50,060 nt of DNA from Chrysochromulina tobinii (Eukaryota): contig JWZX01003125.1 of assembly GCA_001275005.1 (NCBI GenBank), positions 1 through 50,060 on the forward strand. The letters are read 5' to 3'. Under the pieces are notes generated by a model that saw only the letters and a program-made list of their open reading frames with translations, was not told where the DNA came from and ran no database searches. The position numbers and the translations under genes are program-made. Numbering within the stretch: position 1 is the first letter of the stretch; each line of letters begins with the position of its first letter. Positions 21,907 to 32,085 of the stretch are shown here, in pieces.

Positions 21907-24303
21907 ATGACGACCGCCGCACCGCCACCGATCAAGAAGAAGGCGTCGCACTTCTTCAAACCAGTCATCCCTACGCTACCGACGCCGCGGCGCGATCCTT
22001 TGAAGAATTTCGAGCAGCCCTCACTTCTACCGCTGTCGGTACGGCCTGCTTCCTCACCCAACTTGAGAGGGCCTCGAGCACGCTCTCCTCCTGCGCGTCG
22101 CCGGCTGGACTTGGCCATGCCAGGAGCCTCGCCTCGCGAGAGCTCAACATTCTCAGTAGAACAGTCCTCTGCAAGCATCGACCGTCCCTGCACGCCACCG
22201 CCCGACCTATCGAACGTCCACGACTACTTCAGCGCCCTTGAGATGCAAATCGAAGAGGCGTTCAAGCAGCAGCTTGAGGGTACCGTACCTATTGGTATGC
22301 TCCCAGAAGAGCACAGGGAACTGATGCGGCTTCGCGAACAGGCGGCTCGAGACGAGCTCGTCTCACGACGATGTAAGAACCATCCGAGAGAGAGTGGTAA
22401 GAACCATCCGATCGGAGTATCCGCAGCGGCACCGTCAATGGCTGCTGCAGCGACCAGGCCGATGCAGCCGCCACCCCGACCGCCCTCCGTCAGCCGGCTC
22501 CTGTCCCGCGCACGACACGCCGCGCACGCCGCGCGTCAGTCTCTCTTCAGCGCTGGCACCATCGCCAGCTGGGACCCCGTGCTGTCCCAGTACCAGGAGC
22601 CCGACTCTGCGGGCCCGAGTAGCGCGCCGCCGCCGCCGCCCAAACCCAAGAAGAGCGAACACCTCTGCGCCCTGCTCGAGCAAGCGTACGTGGATCTCGA
22701 TCCCCTGCCGTGCGCGGACCGCCGGACAACCATGCACACGGATTCGCTGCGCCAGGTGGTGAACGCCAACCTTCAGCGCGTCATGGACATCTTCCATCAA
22801 TTGGACACTGACGACTCTGGCGAAGTCGACCGCCGTGAGTTCCATACTGGCATCCTCACTCTGGTTGGCAATGAGCACCCCACATCGGAGCTGGACGAGC
22901 TCTTCGACACGATCGACACCTCCGGCGACGGGCGCATTTCATATCGGGAGCTCTACCGCACTATCCGCGGGGGTGTCCAGTCAAGCACGCAGCCGACGGC
23001 GACCGCGGCGCTCCCTATAAAGCCACAGGCGCTGCCACAGCAAGCGCCGCAGCAACAGCCAGCACAGCCAACACAGCCGACACAGCCGATACAACCAGTG
23101 TTCACCCTTCGTCCACAGCCGCCATCGGTGCCGCGGAGTGCCGGCCGCCGCCTCAGCACTAACGGCTCTCGAGGCTCCGCGGGGTCAATGGGCTCTGCGG
23201 GAGGGCTCGCGCCAGTCGATGAGTCATCCGCCTCCATTTCTTCACAACCGCTGCCGCTGGCAGCCGCGACCCTGGTCGCCGCGCCGCCGGTCGCCGCGCC
23301 GCCGGTCGCCGCGCCGACATCCCTACCGCCGCTGCGACCATCCACCAGGTCTGCCTCAGCCACTGCTATCAAGCGAACCGCGGTGCTGGAAACGGAGCCG
23401 CAGGTAGCTCTCGCGCGCGGCACGCCGATGAGAGCAGCGTCCGCCACCATCATCCAACACTCGCGGCGCGCGAATGAGCTACGCGCAATGACGGCCGCCG
23501 CTGCTGCGATGGTTGGACCTCCGGCGCCGAGCGCGGCCGCAGCCAACGTCATCGCTTCCGCCCACGCCGCCGCCGCTGTTGCAACAGCAGCGACGGCGAA
23601 TGCTGAGGCCGCTGAGAGCGCCGCCGCCGCGGCGACCGCCCAGGACCCTTCGATGCTGCTGCACCCGCAGCGCCAGCGCGAGGTGATCAAGCTGTACAAG
23701 CACTTTCGCCTGCAGCACCAGGAGGGCGTGTGCCGCGTGGCTCGCTTCTCGCAGCTGCTCAAGCTCAAGTTCCCGACGGAGGACCGCGCGCACCGTGAAG
23801 CGATGCTTCAGCTCTGCGCAGCGCACGAGCAGGCGGAGGCCGAGGCCGCCGCCAAGGCACGCACGCACAAGATCAACGTGGAGAAGCTCTTTTGCGCTCT
23901 CGACGTTGGCGGCGAAGGCACAATCGACCTTGACGAATTCCTCAATCTCTCCAAATTGCTCGACGTGCCGCGCTCGCGACTGCGCGCCATGTTCCTCGCG
24001 CGCGACGTCGACGGCTCGGGAGATCTCGATCTGGACGAGTTCTCGCGGCTCGTGGACGATATGGGCCTGCTCGAGCACGCCGAGACGCTCGCCGAGCACG
24101 CTGAGGCGCGGCGCACCGACCTGCGCTCCCAGAAGGAGCTCTGGCGTATCGGACTGCCCGAGGAGAAGCCCAAGACCAAAGCGATTCCAAAACTGACAGA
24201 GCGACCCTCTCTCGCCACCCTCTCGTGCGCGATGGGGAACGTGCGACGAGCGATGACCCTCGGGGAGGCGGGAACCCCCTTGCGCGCGGAGCGGCTGATC
24301 TGA
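21907..24303 (+). CDS. EF-hand calcium-binding protein (two EF-hand pairs) with Pro/Ala-rich linkers
   Basis: Loops DTDDSGEVDRREF, DTSGDGRISYREL, DVGGEGTIDLDEF and DVDGSGDLDLDEF. Confidence 0.85.
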   Translation: MTTAAPPPIKKKASHFFKPVIPTLPTPRRDPLKNFEQPSLLPLSVRPASSPNLRGPRARSPPARRRLDLAMPGASPRESSTFSVEQSSASIDRPCTPPPDLSNVHDYFSALEMQIEEAFKQQLEGTVPIGMLPEEHRELMRLREQAARDELVSRRCKNHPRESGKNHPIGVSAAAPSMAAAATRPMQPPPRPPSVSRLLSRARHAAHAARQSLFSAGTIASWDPVLSQYQEPDSAGPSSAPPPPPKPKKSEHLCALLEQAYVDLDPLPCADRRTTMHTDSLRQVVNANLQRVMDIFHQLDTDDSGEVDRREFHTGILTLVGNEHPTSELDELFDTIDTSGDGRISYRELYRTIRGGVQSSTQPTATAALPIKPQALPQQAPQQQPAQPTQPTQPIQPVFTLRPQPPSVPRSAGRRLSTNGSRGSAGSMGSAGGLAPVDESSASISSQPLPLAAATLVAAPPVAAPPVAAPTSLPPLRPSTRSASATAIKRTAVLETEPQVALARGTPMRAASATIIQHSRRANELRAMTAAAAAMVGPPAPSAAAANVIASAHAAAAVATAATANAEAAESAAAAATAQDPSMLLHPQRQREVIKLYKHFRLQHQEGVCRVARFSQLLKLKFPTEDRAHREAMLQLCAAHEQAEAEAAAKARTHKINVEKLFCALDVGGEGTIDLDEFLNLSKLLDVPRSRLRAMFLARDVDGSGDLDLDEFSRLVDDMGLLEHAETLAEHAEARRTDLRSQKELWRIGLPEEKPKTKAIPKLTERPSLATLSCAMGNVRRAMTLGEAGTPLRAERLI

Positions 24304-24592
24304 ATCCTCCGCCCTCCCGCGAGACGGAAGCTCGAGAACAGCGGCGCGACCCGCCATCCCAACCACCACCAGCCTGCGTGTACTTGTGCCACAAGGGATA
24401 GGGCGGCTCAGGGCTCGTCCCCAGCATGTTGACTAGGAGCATGAGTAGCACGCTCGTACACGATGATGGACTGCACGAATAATAATCGCGCGTTCGTCGC
24501 GCTTTCGTGTCCCGGCGGCCCTTCCGGACCGGATCCCGTATCGGAGCTCTAATCAAGTTACATTTTATAATCTTTCTTCGGTTCTTGGAAAT

Positions 24593-26872
24593 CTAATCGA
24601 ATGAATCTAAGTATGTTCTACGTATCTTAGCGCCTAATTTCGCAATGGCCTCCGCTGGCTCGAAGCCACCATCCGCATCGAGCTCGATCGCGTGCCGCAT
24701 GCCCTGGCGCGCGCCACGTGGGAATCGCTTCCATCCCGCACGGCTGAGAACGAGGCCACTCGAGAGCACCGCCGCCGCGAGGGAGAAAGAGGAGTCGGAC
24801 GCAATGAGCACGTCTGCCTTGACCATGTGGAGCAGCGAAGCTACAGGATCCACCTCCAAGTGCATCTGGAGCGTCCAGTGCGGCCACGCGGGCGGATGGA
24901 TGCCCACTAGCCGCACCAGCTGCTCTCGCAAACTGGTAGCACAGCCCAGCTCGTCGACGTACGGCGCGCCGCGCCCCTCGAGCGGCACCCGCGCATCGCC
25001 TGTCCACGAGCTCACTGGCGGCAGCTGTGAGAACACATGGAAGACCACTCGTGGACTAGCTGGAGACGCAGCCGTGCCGGCGGCCGCAGTGGTGTCCACA
25101 GTGCTGACATGGCGCGCGGACGCAGCCGCGTGCACACACGTGAGCACATGCCACATCGCTTGGACGTAATACTCATCAGGAGAGAGTTGCGTGGCAAAGT
25201 TGCGGTAGACCATATCGCCGCGTCGGATGTGCACTGCCACGTGAAGCATGCGGCTGCGCGCCGATGTCGCCGCCCATGCGGCCGTTGCTCCCCTTGCCTG
25301 TGCTCCAGATCCAGCTCCTGCTACCTCTGCCGCGGCAAACAGTGGCGTCGAGTGCGCCTCGGGGTTCGCCTTGGCGGCGGCGGCCAGCCGTGCGCGCCAC
25401 CAAGCCCCCGTGAAGCCAAAGTCATATTTGGCGCTCTTGGCAGGAGAGCCCTCCACGAGGACAGTGCGGAGGTCACCGCATACGTGAAAGATGGACGGCA
25501 CGGCGCGCTGCGCTTGCACGGCGCGTACGACCGTTGCCCACTCAGCACCGCCACCGACATGCTTTTTGGCGCCGTCGGGGCACGGGCGCGAGAGTCGCCG
25601 CACGGGTATCGTACGACCATTGGCGCGGAGCTGTGGGGCATTCTTGAGAGGCACGGCACCCCGCCCGAGCCCAAGGACCGCCTCGAGCGCCGCCGCTAAT
25701 CCACGGAGCTCGGCGTGGTCGCCACGTTCGCTCGAGGACAGCAGCGGCGAGTGAAGCAGTGTCAGATTCAGCTCCGCCGCCAAGCGGACGCCCAGGTTAT
25801 ATACGAGCAGCTCATGCCCGAGCCCATGCGCGAAGCTGCGCTCGAAGGCCAGGTACCTGTGGCCCGAACCCGCCGGATCGGGCAGCGCGAGCCCCAAGCG
25901 CTCCACCGCGCCGGGGCGTGGGCCGTCGTTAGTAATGGCAGCAGCGACGGCGGCGGCGGCGGCACGTGCGACGAAGTCGAGGCGCCGTTGGATGCTCAAT
26001 GGCTGCACGCGATGAGAGAGGGCGTCGGCGCCAAATGCGATGGCCCTGCGGTGGCAAGCCAATGTCGCCGCATGGCTGTCACTGTCCCCGCCCGCCTCAG
26101 CAGTCGTCGACCGAGCCGTCGGCGTCGGTGGCGGCGACCCCTCAAACGCGTCGTCAGGCAGCGTAACGGCGGCCGCGGCGCTGGCGCCCTGCATGGCCAC
26201 GCCGGATCGTGCGAGTGCGGACAGCCATGCGGCGCGCTCGGCCTCCGAGCTCAGCTGCAGCACCGCCTCCTGCGCCCTCGTGCCGCCATCGCCGGCACTG
26301 CGCACGCGCACTGAGAAGCCCATGGATGCCTTTGCGCTCGAGCCGAGTGTTGACGCGACGCTGCCGGCGCCTAGCGTCAACTCCACCGCCGGTGAGCTGG
26401 AGCGCTTGCACACGCTCAATCGCCCGTCGCCGATCGACACGAAGCGTCGCACCATGAGGCCGTGGTGATTTTGCCAGAACACGGCCGCTTGCACGTCTGA
26501 GGTGCCATCGCCGCATAGACGCTGCACGGATGAGCTCGCGAACGCTGGTCGTGGAGCTGGGACGGCAGGCGCATTTGGAACTGGCACCGGTGCTCGTTGC
26601 TGCACTGGCGCCGGTGCTCGTTGCTGCACTGGCACCGGTGCTCGTTGCTGCGCTAACTTCCTCTTTAGCACCGCATTCTCTGTCGCCAGCTCGTCTCGCT
26701 CCCTCTGAAGGCTCGCTAGAGAACGATCGAGAGCTGCGTAAACGTCGGCCTCGAGCTTCTGCAGGCGAGCAGCTGGCACGTCGTGCGGGCTTTGCCGTCG
26801 CAAGAACCACGTGGCGAGGACGATGCCTATGCAGACGACGCCGCAAAGGCGCCACAAGCCCGTGTCCGACAT
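24593..26872 (-). CDS. Type II membrane glycosyltransferase (GT11/GT23 fucosyltransferase-like) with a coiled coil and a PH-like domain
   Basis: N-terminal TM helix; HGLGHEL, VAVHIRRGD, HMVKADVLIASDSSFSLAAA; PH-like RRFVSI.DGRL...SSEAERAAWLSAL. Confidence 0.7.
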   Translation of the reverse strand: MSDTGLWRLCGVVCIGIVLATWFLRRQSPHDVPAARLQKLEADVYAALDRSLASLQRERDELATENAVLKRKLAQQRAPVPVQQRAPAPVQQRAPVPVPNAPAVPAPRPAFASSSVQRLCGDGTSDVQAAVFWQNHHGLMVRRFVSIGDGRLSVCKRSSSPAVELTLGAGSVASTLGSSAKASMGFSVRVRSAGDGGTRAQEAVLQLSSEAERAAWLSALARSGVAMQGASAAAAVTLPDDAFEGSPPPTPTARSTTAEAGGDSDSHAATLACHRRAIAFGADALSHRVQPLSIQRRLDFVARAAAAAVAAAITNDGPRPGAVERLGLALPDPAGSGHRYLAFERSFAHGLGHELLVYNLGVRLAAELNLTLLHSPLLSSSERGDHAELRGLAAALEAVLGLGRGAVPLKNAPQLRANGRTIPVRRLSRPCPDGAKKHVGGGAEWATVVRAVQAQRAVPSIFHVCGDLRTVLVEGSPAKSAKYDFGFTGAWWRARLAAAAKANPEAHSTPLFAAAEVAGAGSGAQARGATAAWAATSARSRMLHVAVHIRRGDMVYRNFATQLSPDEYYVQAMWHVLTCVHAAASARHVSTVDTTAAAGTAASPASPRVVFHVFSQLPPVSSWTGDARVPLEGRGAPYVDELGCATSLREQLVRLVGIHPPAWPHWTLQMHLEVDPVASLLHMVKADVLIASDSSFSLAAAVLSSGLVLSRAGWKRFPRGARQGMRHAIELDADGGFEPAEAIAKLGAKIRRTYLDSFD

Positions 26873-27353
26873 TTTCACAAAGACAACCGATCCAAGTGTG
26901 AACAGTCTGTACTTTGAATATAGTCCACATGGGGTGAACTTTTTCTTGAAACGAAAGCCACCCTGCATGCCGTGGCTGCTGCGCGTCCGAGCTCTGCGCG
27001 TAAACGCGTTCGGAAGTAGTTGCCGCTTGGGAATTTGGCACGAATTTTGGCATTGTCGCTAATTGTCGCTACCTTCTGGGTCTAACTGTGCGTCCTACCA
27101 CGTCACAGACCCGAACGGAAACGTACCGGCGACGCGAAACACGCTCATCTCGAGACACGAAAGCGGACAGGCCGACGAAACCTCTCAACCTCGACTCTCA
27201 GCCCAGAGACCTGTAACCTACGCTCGCTGACCGGTGGTGGGCGCCCAGACACTCGACGCGTGCTCGCACACAGCCCAGGCCGCCGGAGCATCGCCAGCTG
27301 CCAGGTGCGTCCCGATGTGTGAAGATCGACCCGAGGTGAGAAGAGCCTCGAGC

Positions 27354-28628
27354 TCAAGTGTACATGGCAGAGGAGGGCAAGGGCGCGGTGCCTCGCACGC
27401 GTCCAAAGTCGGCAAACGCTCGAGCGCGGTCGTTGAGCGCGTCCTCGGCCGATGGGCGGTTGGACGGCGCTTTGGAAGGGAGCGGCGTGCGGCAGCACGG
27501 GCAGGTGTGCTGCTTCTTGAGCCATTGGCGCACACAGTCCTCATGGAAGAGATGATGACACGGCAATCGGACCGCCAATTCGTCCGCCATCATCTCCATC
27601 AGGCAGACGGCGCAGCTCGTGTGGTGATCGTGTGCACGCGCGAGACCGACGCACGCCTCGCCTGCCGCCGCCGCCGCCTCGAGCTCGTGCAGCAGCCGCG
27701 CGCCGTCAGCAGCCGAGACCATGAGCGAGGGCAACACGAGATCGCCACCCGCACCCGCCGTGTCCGACATGGTGAACGGCCACTTCTGACCCGCAGTCTG
27801 CACAACGCACGCCGCGGCGGCACCGGCAGCCTGCGCACGGCGCACCTTTTCGACAAACGAGCAGCCGCCGCGCCACATGACAACGAGCTTCCCGCGCAAT
27901 TCGGCGGCATTGGCAAAGGCGGTCGAGCCGTCACGGGGATCGGCGAGAGCTAGGACCCCACTCACGCCCGCCTCCCCCACGTCACCGATGGGCGTGCCGA
28001 AAGCTGAGCCCGTGCCCTTGACCTCGAGCAGCGGAGCGGGCGGCTCGGCAGGCGCGGGCGGTGCCGCTTCAGGTGGCGGCGGCGGTGGCGGCGGAGGCAG
28101 CGGAGGCGGCGGCGGCGGCGCTGACACTGCCGCGTCGTCACCCTCTGCATCCGCGGCTGCGGCCGCGACCGCACGGCGCTCGGCAGCCTCCGCGAGCAGC
28201 GCACGACGTGGCGCACCAATCGGATCCGCTGCGTCGGAACCGGCCTGGCCGCGGGTCACTCGGAGCGAGATGTACGGCTCGATCTTGTGGAGCGGCAGTG
28301 ACGCCAGGATCTCGTCATCAGCGGGCTTGCTGGCGCCGTCCGCGAGGGCTCCGAGCAGGTCGGTCGGCAAGATAGACATCAGAATTTGCTCAGCCTGGCG
28401 CTGCACCTCCTCATTGGCGGCGGCCGCCTCCGCGGCAGTTGGCAGCGACGTCGCAGTCCGAGAAACGGTCCTCCCGAGAGGACGCAGCGTGCCACCGCAC
28501 ATGGAGCAGCTCGCATCCGGAGCTGCAATCGGCATCTGCATGCCGCACTCCTGGCAGCGGAACATGGGGATGGAGCTGCCCGCGGCGGCCGCCCGCTGTG
28601 CGAAGTAGGCCGGACCGAAGTCTCCCAT
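27354..28628 (-). CDS. Zinc ribbon, PA domain and RING-H2 E3 ubiquitin ligase
   Basis: CQEC..CSMC; LRGKLVVMWRGGCSFVEKVRRAQAAGA (PA); CAVCL...LPCHHLFHEDCVRQWL...CPCCR (RING-H2). Confidence 0.9.
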   Translation of the reverse strand: MGDFGPAYFAQRAAAAGSSIPMFRCQECGMQMPIAAPDASCSMCGGTLRPLGRTVSRTATSLPTAAEAAAANEEVQRQAEQILMSILPTDLLGALADGASKPADDEILASLPLHKIEPYISLRVTRGQAGSDAADPIGAPRRALLAEAAERRAVAAAAADAEGDDAAVSAPPPPPPLPPPPPPPPPEAAPPAPAEPPAPLLEVKGTGSAFGTPIGDVGEAGVSGVLALADPRDGSTAFANAAELRGKLVVMWRGGCSFVEKVRRAQAAGAAAACVVQTAGQKWPFTMSDTAGAGGDLVLPSLMVSAADGARLLHELEAAAAAGEACVGLARAHDHHTSCAVCLMEMMADELAVRLPCHHLFHEDCVRQWLKKQHTCPCCRTPLPSKAPSNRPSAEDALNDRARAFADFGRVRGTAPLPSSAMYT

Positions 28629-28864
28629 TGGCTCGCGATCAAGGACGGCCGCGCTGACGTCGCGATTCGCTCCGGCGCCTCGAGCGCTCGCTGTGGCGAT
28701 GTGTTCACATTCACAAGTTCAAGTTCGATAGGCTTCCGTTAGGTTGTCTGTTGTTTATGTAGTAACTTGAACTTGAACTTGAACACATTCACAAACCACA
28801 TTCACACCAATTATGGGCGTTAACCAAAATAAGTTTGGGTCGAGTACCGGTACGGTATTTTTTG

Positions 28865-29045
28865 CCTGTTCACAGCCAATACTTCGACACCCAAGACACC
28901 GGACCGGCGTACATACGGATGCGGTTACCACTAGCTCGGGGACGACCCCCTGTTCACAGCCAATGGTTATAATTCGACACCCAAGACACCGGACCGGCGT
29001 ACATACGGATGCGGTTACCACTAGCTCGGGGCCCCCTGTTCACAC
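28865..29045. repeat. Intergenic ~84-bp tandem direct repeat (two copies and a partial third)
   Basis: CCTGTTCACAGCCAAT...CGACACCCAAGACACCGGACCGGCGTACATACGGATGCGGTTACCACTAGCTCGGGG at 28865 and 28949; CCTGTTCACA again at 29035. Confidence 0.9.
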
Positions 29046-29139
29046 TCCGCCTTCTCCTCCCAGTACAGTACCGTACAATTGTACAGTAATCTCTCTCTCG
29101 CTCGCATTTCGGCCCTTGCAAGCTCGCTCTCTGGAGAAG

Positions 29140-30060
29140 ATGTACTTCGACACCTTCATTTTACCAGCAGAGCCCACACGGCCTGTTGCAGAATGGAGTG
29201 CCCGCGCCATGAAAGCTTGGCCACCTTACTTCGGCGGCCGCCCGATCGTCACTGGGGAGACTGTCTTCGTACGCGGCACACGGTATGGCTCCGCACTCGC
29301 AACCGTCCTGGAGCCTGTTGTTGCAGCTGACGACGATGTGCTCGTACAACGTCGTGACGCTGCCGCACGCATCGAACGTATTCCAAAACGCCGATTGGAG
29401 CGTTGCTATGGACGATCTGGTCGGCCGGCTATATTGCTTTGTGAAGAGACCTCGTCATTTCGCAAGCTCGCCCGCTCGCAGACACAGCCCAGTGACGCAG
29501 CGTTTGAGATCGGCTGCTCGTTTGGTGCTTCGACCAAGCTGCTGGCGGCGCATGCCAAGTCGGTGTACGCCGTGGACATGGCGTCAGAGCCCCTCAAGCA
29601 GGCGGCAGCAAGCTGTGCAGGCATGAGCAATGTGCGATTTGCTAAGCTCGATGCATTGCTTGAACGCGAGCGGCTGCTCGACGCTGCCGCGGGTTCGGAC
29701 TCCCTGTTTGTCGATATCAATGGCAACCGAGCCGCCGCGACGGTGTCGGCACTCTTGCGCTTGCTGCTGTACGAGCGTGCTGCGACGGCCCGGCCGCGCG
29801 TGACTGTCGTCAAGTGCAGGGCTCTATGTCGGGCGGCTGAGTATTTTGAGGACACGACACGCACGGAGGGCATCACGATGAACGACGCCCCATCGAGCGA
29901 CCACGCTGGCACTGCCTTCACCTCGGGCGCTGGGAACGCACATGTGAACGGCGACGCACTCATGAGTAGGGGGGCTGCGTTCTGGCGAGGGATTTGGGAG
30001 GGCGCCGCTGCTGAGGTGGAATGGGAGACGCGAAACTTGCAGCGTGTGCGGCGGCCATGA
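29140..30060 (+). CDS. Class I SAM-dependent methyltransferase-domain protein
   Basis: AFEIGCSFG, VYAVDMA, VRFAKLDAL, LFVDINGNR. ATG 29140 preferred because the upstream part of the ORF runs through a repeat. Confidence 0.75.
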   Translation: MYFDTFILPAEPTRPVAEWSARAMKAWPPYFGGRPIVTGETVFVRGTRYGSALATVLEPVVAADDDVLVQRRDAAARIERIPKRRLERCYGRSGRPAILLCEETSSFRKLARSQTQPSDAAFEIGCSFGASTKLLAAHAKSVYAVDMASEPLKQAAASCAGMSNVRFAKLDALLERERLLDAAAGSDSLFVDINGNRAAATVSALLRLLLYERAATARPRVTVVKCRALCRAAEYFEDTTRTEGITMNDAPSSDHAGTAFTSGAGNAHVNGDALMSRGAAFWRGIWEGAAAEVEWETRNLQRVRRP

Positions 30061-30492
30061 GCGGCCAGGCAGTGTCTCGCGGTCCTGCGCCATGTGGTAA
30101 GAGTAAAGGGTTCAGTGAGGGGCGTCCAGCTCTGCCATATTGTATGTGCACATGCACCAGCACTCAGCCAGACGTCGAGCGGAGTTTGCCGGCAGGGCCG
30201 GCCCGCGGGGGGAAGCGGGGGGACGCCGGGACCGCCGCCCCGGGATCATGGCTCAGAAGCGAAGCGGTACGGACGCAAATAGTCGTCGCCGTAACCGCCG
30301 AAAGCCCATGCGAAAGCCGTATCAATGTGTCGCCCCCCCTCGTGGTGCGAATACACGGCGGTGCGGATTTATGATTTAAATTCGCCGTTATATAGTGTTA
30401 AACATCATGACCCAAGGACCTGCGGGCTTGGGACTCTTTATTTGCCGTCCTCGGGGCGTCGGGGGGCGCGGGCGGTCCGGTCGTTGTGTCGT

Positions 30493-31941
30493 TCACAAGT
30501 CAATATAGTCATCGCGTGCCGATCTGCGTGTCAACTCTTCGCTGGGCTGAACCGTGCTCTGGGACGATGCGTGTGCAACGCATCGTACTGTAGCGTAGGC
30601 AATCACGAGCCCTCCAAGGGCGAGTAGGATGCCTGCAGCTGCGGTACTAGCATTGAGATCATCCACCCCAGCGTAGACCACGTCAGGTGATGACGGCGAC
30701 GCCAACGGCTGCAGGAGGGCGTCTGCCCAAGTTGGCCTGATCTCTTCATCCTCGGGACAGGGACGCGGTGCAGAGACGGCATCGATCGAGGGCAGCAGGG
30801 GGCTGGGTGGGTGCGCCGGCCATACCAGGCCGTTGCATGCTTCGGCCACATGACGAAACCGGTGCTCATCGGCCACGTCGAGTGCAGCCGCCGCAAGCGG
30901 GCTGCGATCCCAAATACAGAGCCGATGGCTCGCACTCGGACCATCCGCCAACCCGTTCTTGGTGCCAAAATAGGTCCAGACCGCGAAGCCGAGTGCGTTC
31001 GCCAGACGGGCGGCGGCCATGCGAACAGAGGCAAGCCATAGCGCCCCTTGGATTGAATCTACTGCGCCCACGTCCAACCCAAATTCGCCCAAGTACACCC
31101 GAGCACTTGTGGCATTGGCCACTCTCTCGAACGCCTCGAACATGATTGCGCGCTTGCGCAGCAGGTCGCCCGGCTCACCGTTCGTCCAGTTCGGCGGCGC
31201 CCCGCCGGCACCTGGCGCAAGCGCGAGCACGAAGGGCCGTGGCTCGTAGTAATGAAAGGTGACGTGACATAAGTGATTGCAGCCGGGCGGCACTAGGCCG
31301 CTGCGCAAGTCGGCCAGTAGCCCATCGAGGCTGCTCACCGAAGGTGCATCCGAGCTGCGCTTTCCTTGTTTGCCCGTGAGTATCAGGTGGCGGTGGGGCT
31401 GTCTTGAGTGGACCTGAGCAACCCATCCAGCAACGATTTGGGGCCAGGGCGGACTGTCAGCCACGTGCCGCGGGCCATAGTTTGCTGGCTCGTTGACCAT
31501 CTCAAAAGCCACACGGTTGGTCGGGAACTCATGCTCCGGAAACTCGCGAAGAACGGCAGCCCAGATCCATCGCACGGATTCGCTGCTCACCTCCGCAAGG
31601 TGCCGCTGGTGAAACGGATTGAGGACAACGAGGAGCCCGGCGGCGAGCGCGTCACGTGCCGCTTGCTTCAGATTCGAGAATGCTCTCGGGGCGTTCGCAT
31701 CGGGTGCGTCACGGCCGCCTGCAATAATGACACGAACCGCCTCGTCTTCGTCTGTTGGCATATGACGCGTGCGTGCAGGGCACGTGCTCCAATCCATGAG
31801 CGGTTCAGCGACCCATCCACAGAGGCGTACGTGCTGGATACCTCGCTGTGCCAGTCCTTGCCAGTCGGAAGGTCCGAGCTGTGCGTATCTCACGTTGACG
31901 GGCGCAATGTTGACGCCAGGTCCGAGGACGAGGTCGTGCAT
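30493..31941 (-). CDS. Glycoside hydrolase family 5 (cellulase-like) with a C-terminal membrane anchor
   Basis: GVNI, HVRL, VVLNPFH, AFEMVNEP (acid/base), TFHYYEP, VYLGEFG (nucleophile), GFAVW; hydrophobic C-terminal helix. Confidence 0.88.
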   Translation of the reverse strand: MHDLVLGPGVNIAPVNVRYAQLGPSDWQGLAQRGIQHVRLCGWVAEPLMDWSTCPARTRHMPTDEDEAVRVIIAGGRDAPDANAPRAFSNLKQAARDALAAGLLVVLNPFHQRHLAEVSSESVRWIWAAVLREFPEHEFPTNRVAFEMVNEPANYGPRHVADSPPWPQIVAGWVAQVHSRQPHRHLILTGKQGKRSSDAPSVSSLDGLLADLRSGLVPPGCNHLCHVTFHYYEPRPFVLALAPGAGGAPPNWTNGEPGDLLRKRAIMFEAFERVANATSARVYLGEFGLDVGAVDSIQGALWLASVRMAAARLANALGFAVWTYFGTKNGLADGPSASHRLCIWDRSPLAAAALDVADEHRFRHVAEACNGLVWPAHPPSPLLPSIDAVSAPRPCPEDEEIRPTWADALLQPLASPSSPDVVYAGVDDLNASTAAAGILLALGGLVIAYATVRCVAHASSQSTVQPSEELTRRSARDDYIDL

Positions 31942-32085
31942 GTGAAGAGACGGCCCTCCATAACGGGGGGGGGCTTCAATTTCGTACAGAAAAGGAAATA
32001 TTCCTTTTGCTCAAACAACAAGGATCACACCGCCTCAGAGCTTCTCATACCGGTAGGGTTCTTTCGTGCGACACGCGAGAGTTGC

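Noticed and set aside
28813..29139. N-terminal extension of the methyltransferase ORF
   Set aside because: It runs through a non-coding tandem repeat; ATG 29140 is more plausible.
31408..32085. N-terminal half of the 475-aa ORF
   Set aside because: It is the antisense shadow of the GH5 gene plus intergenic DNA.
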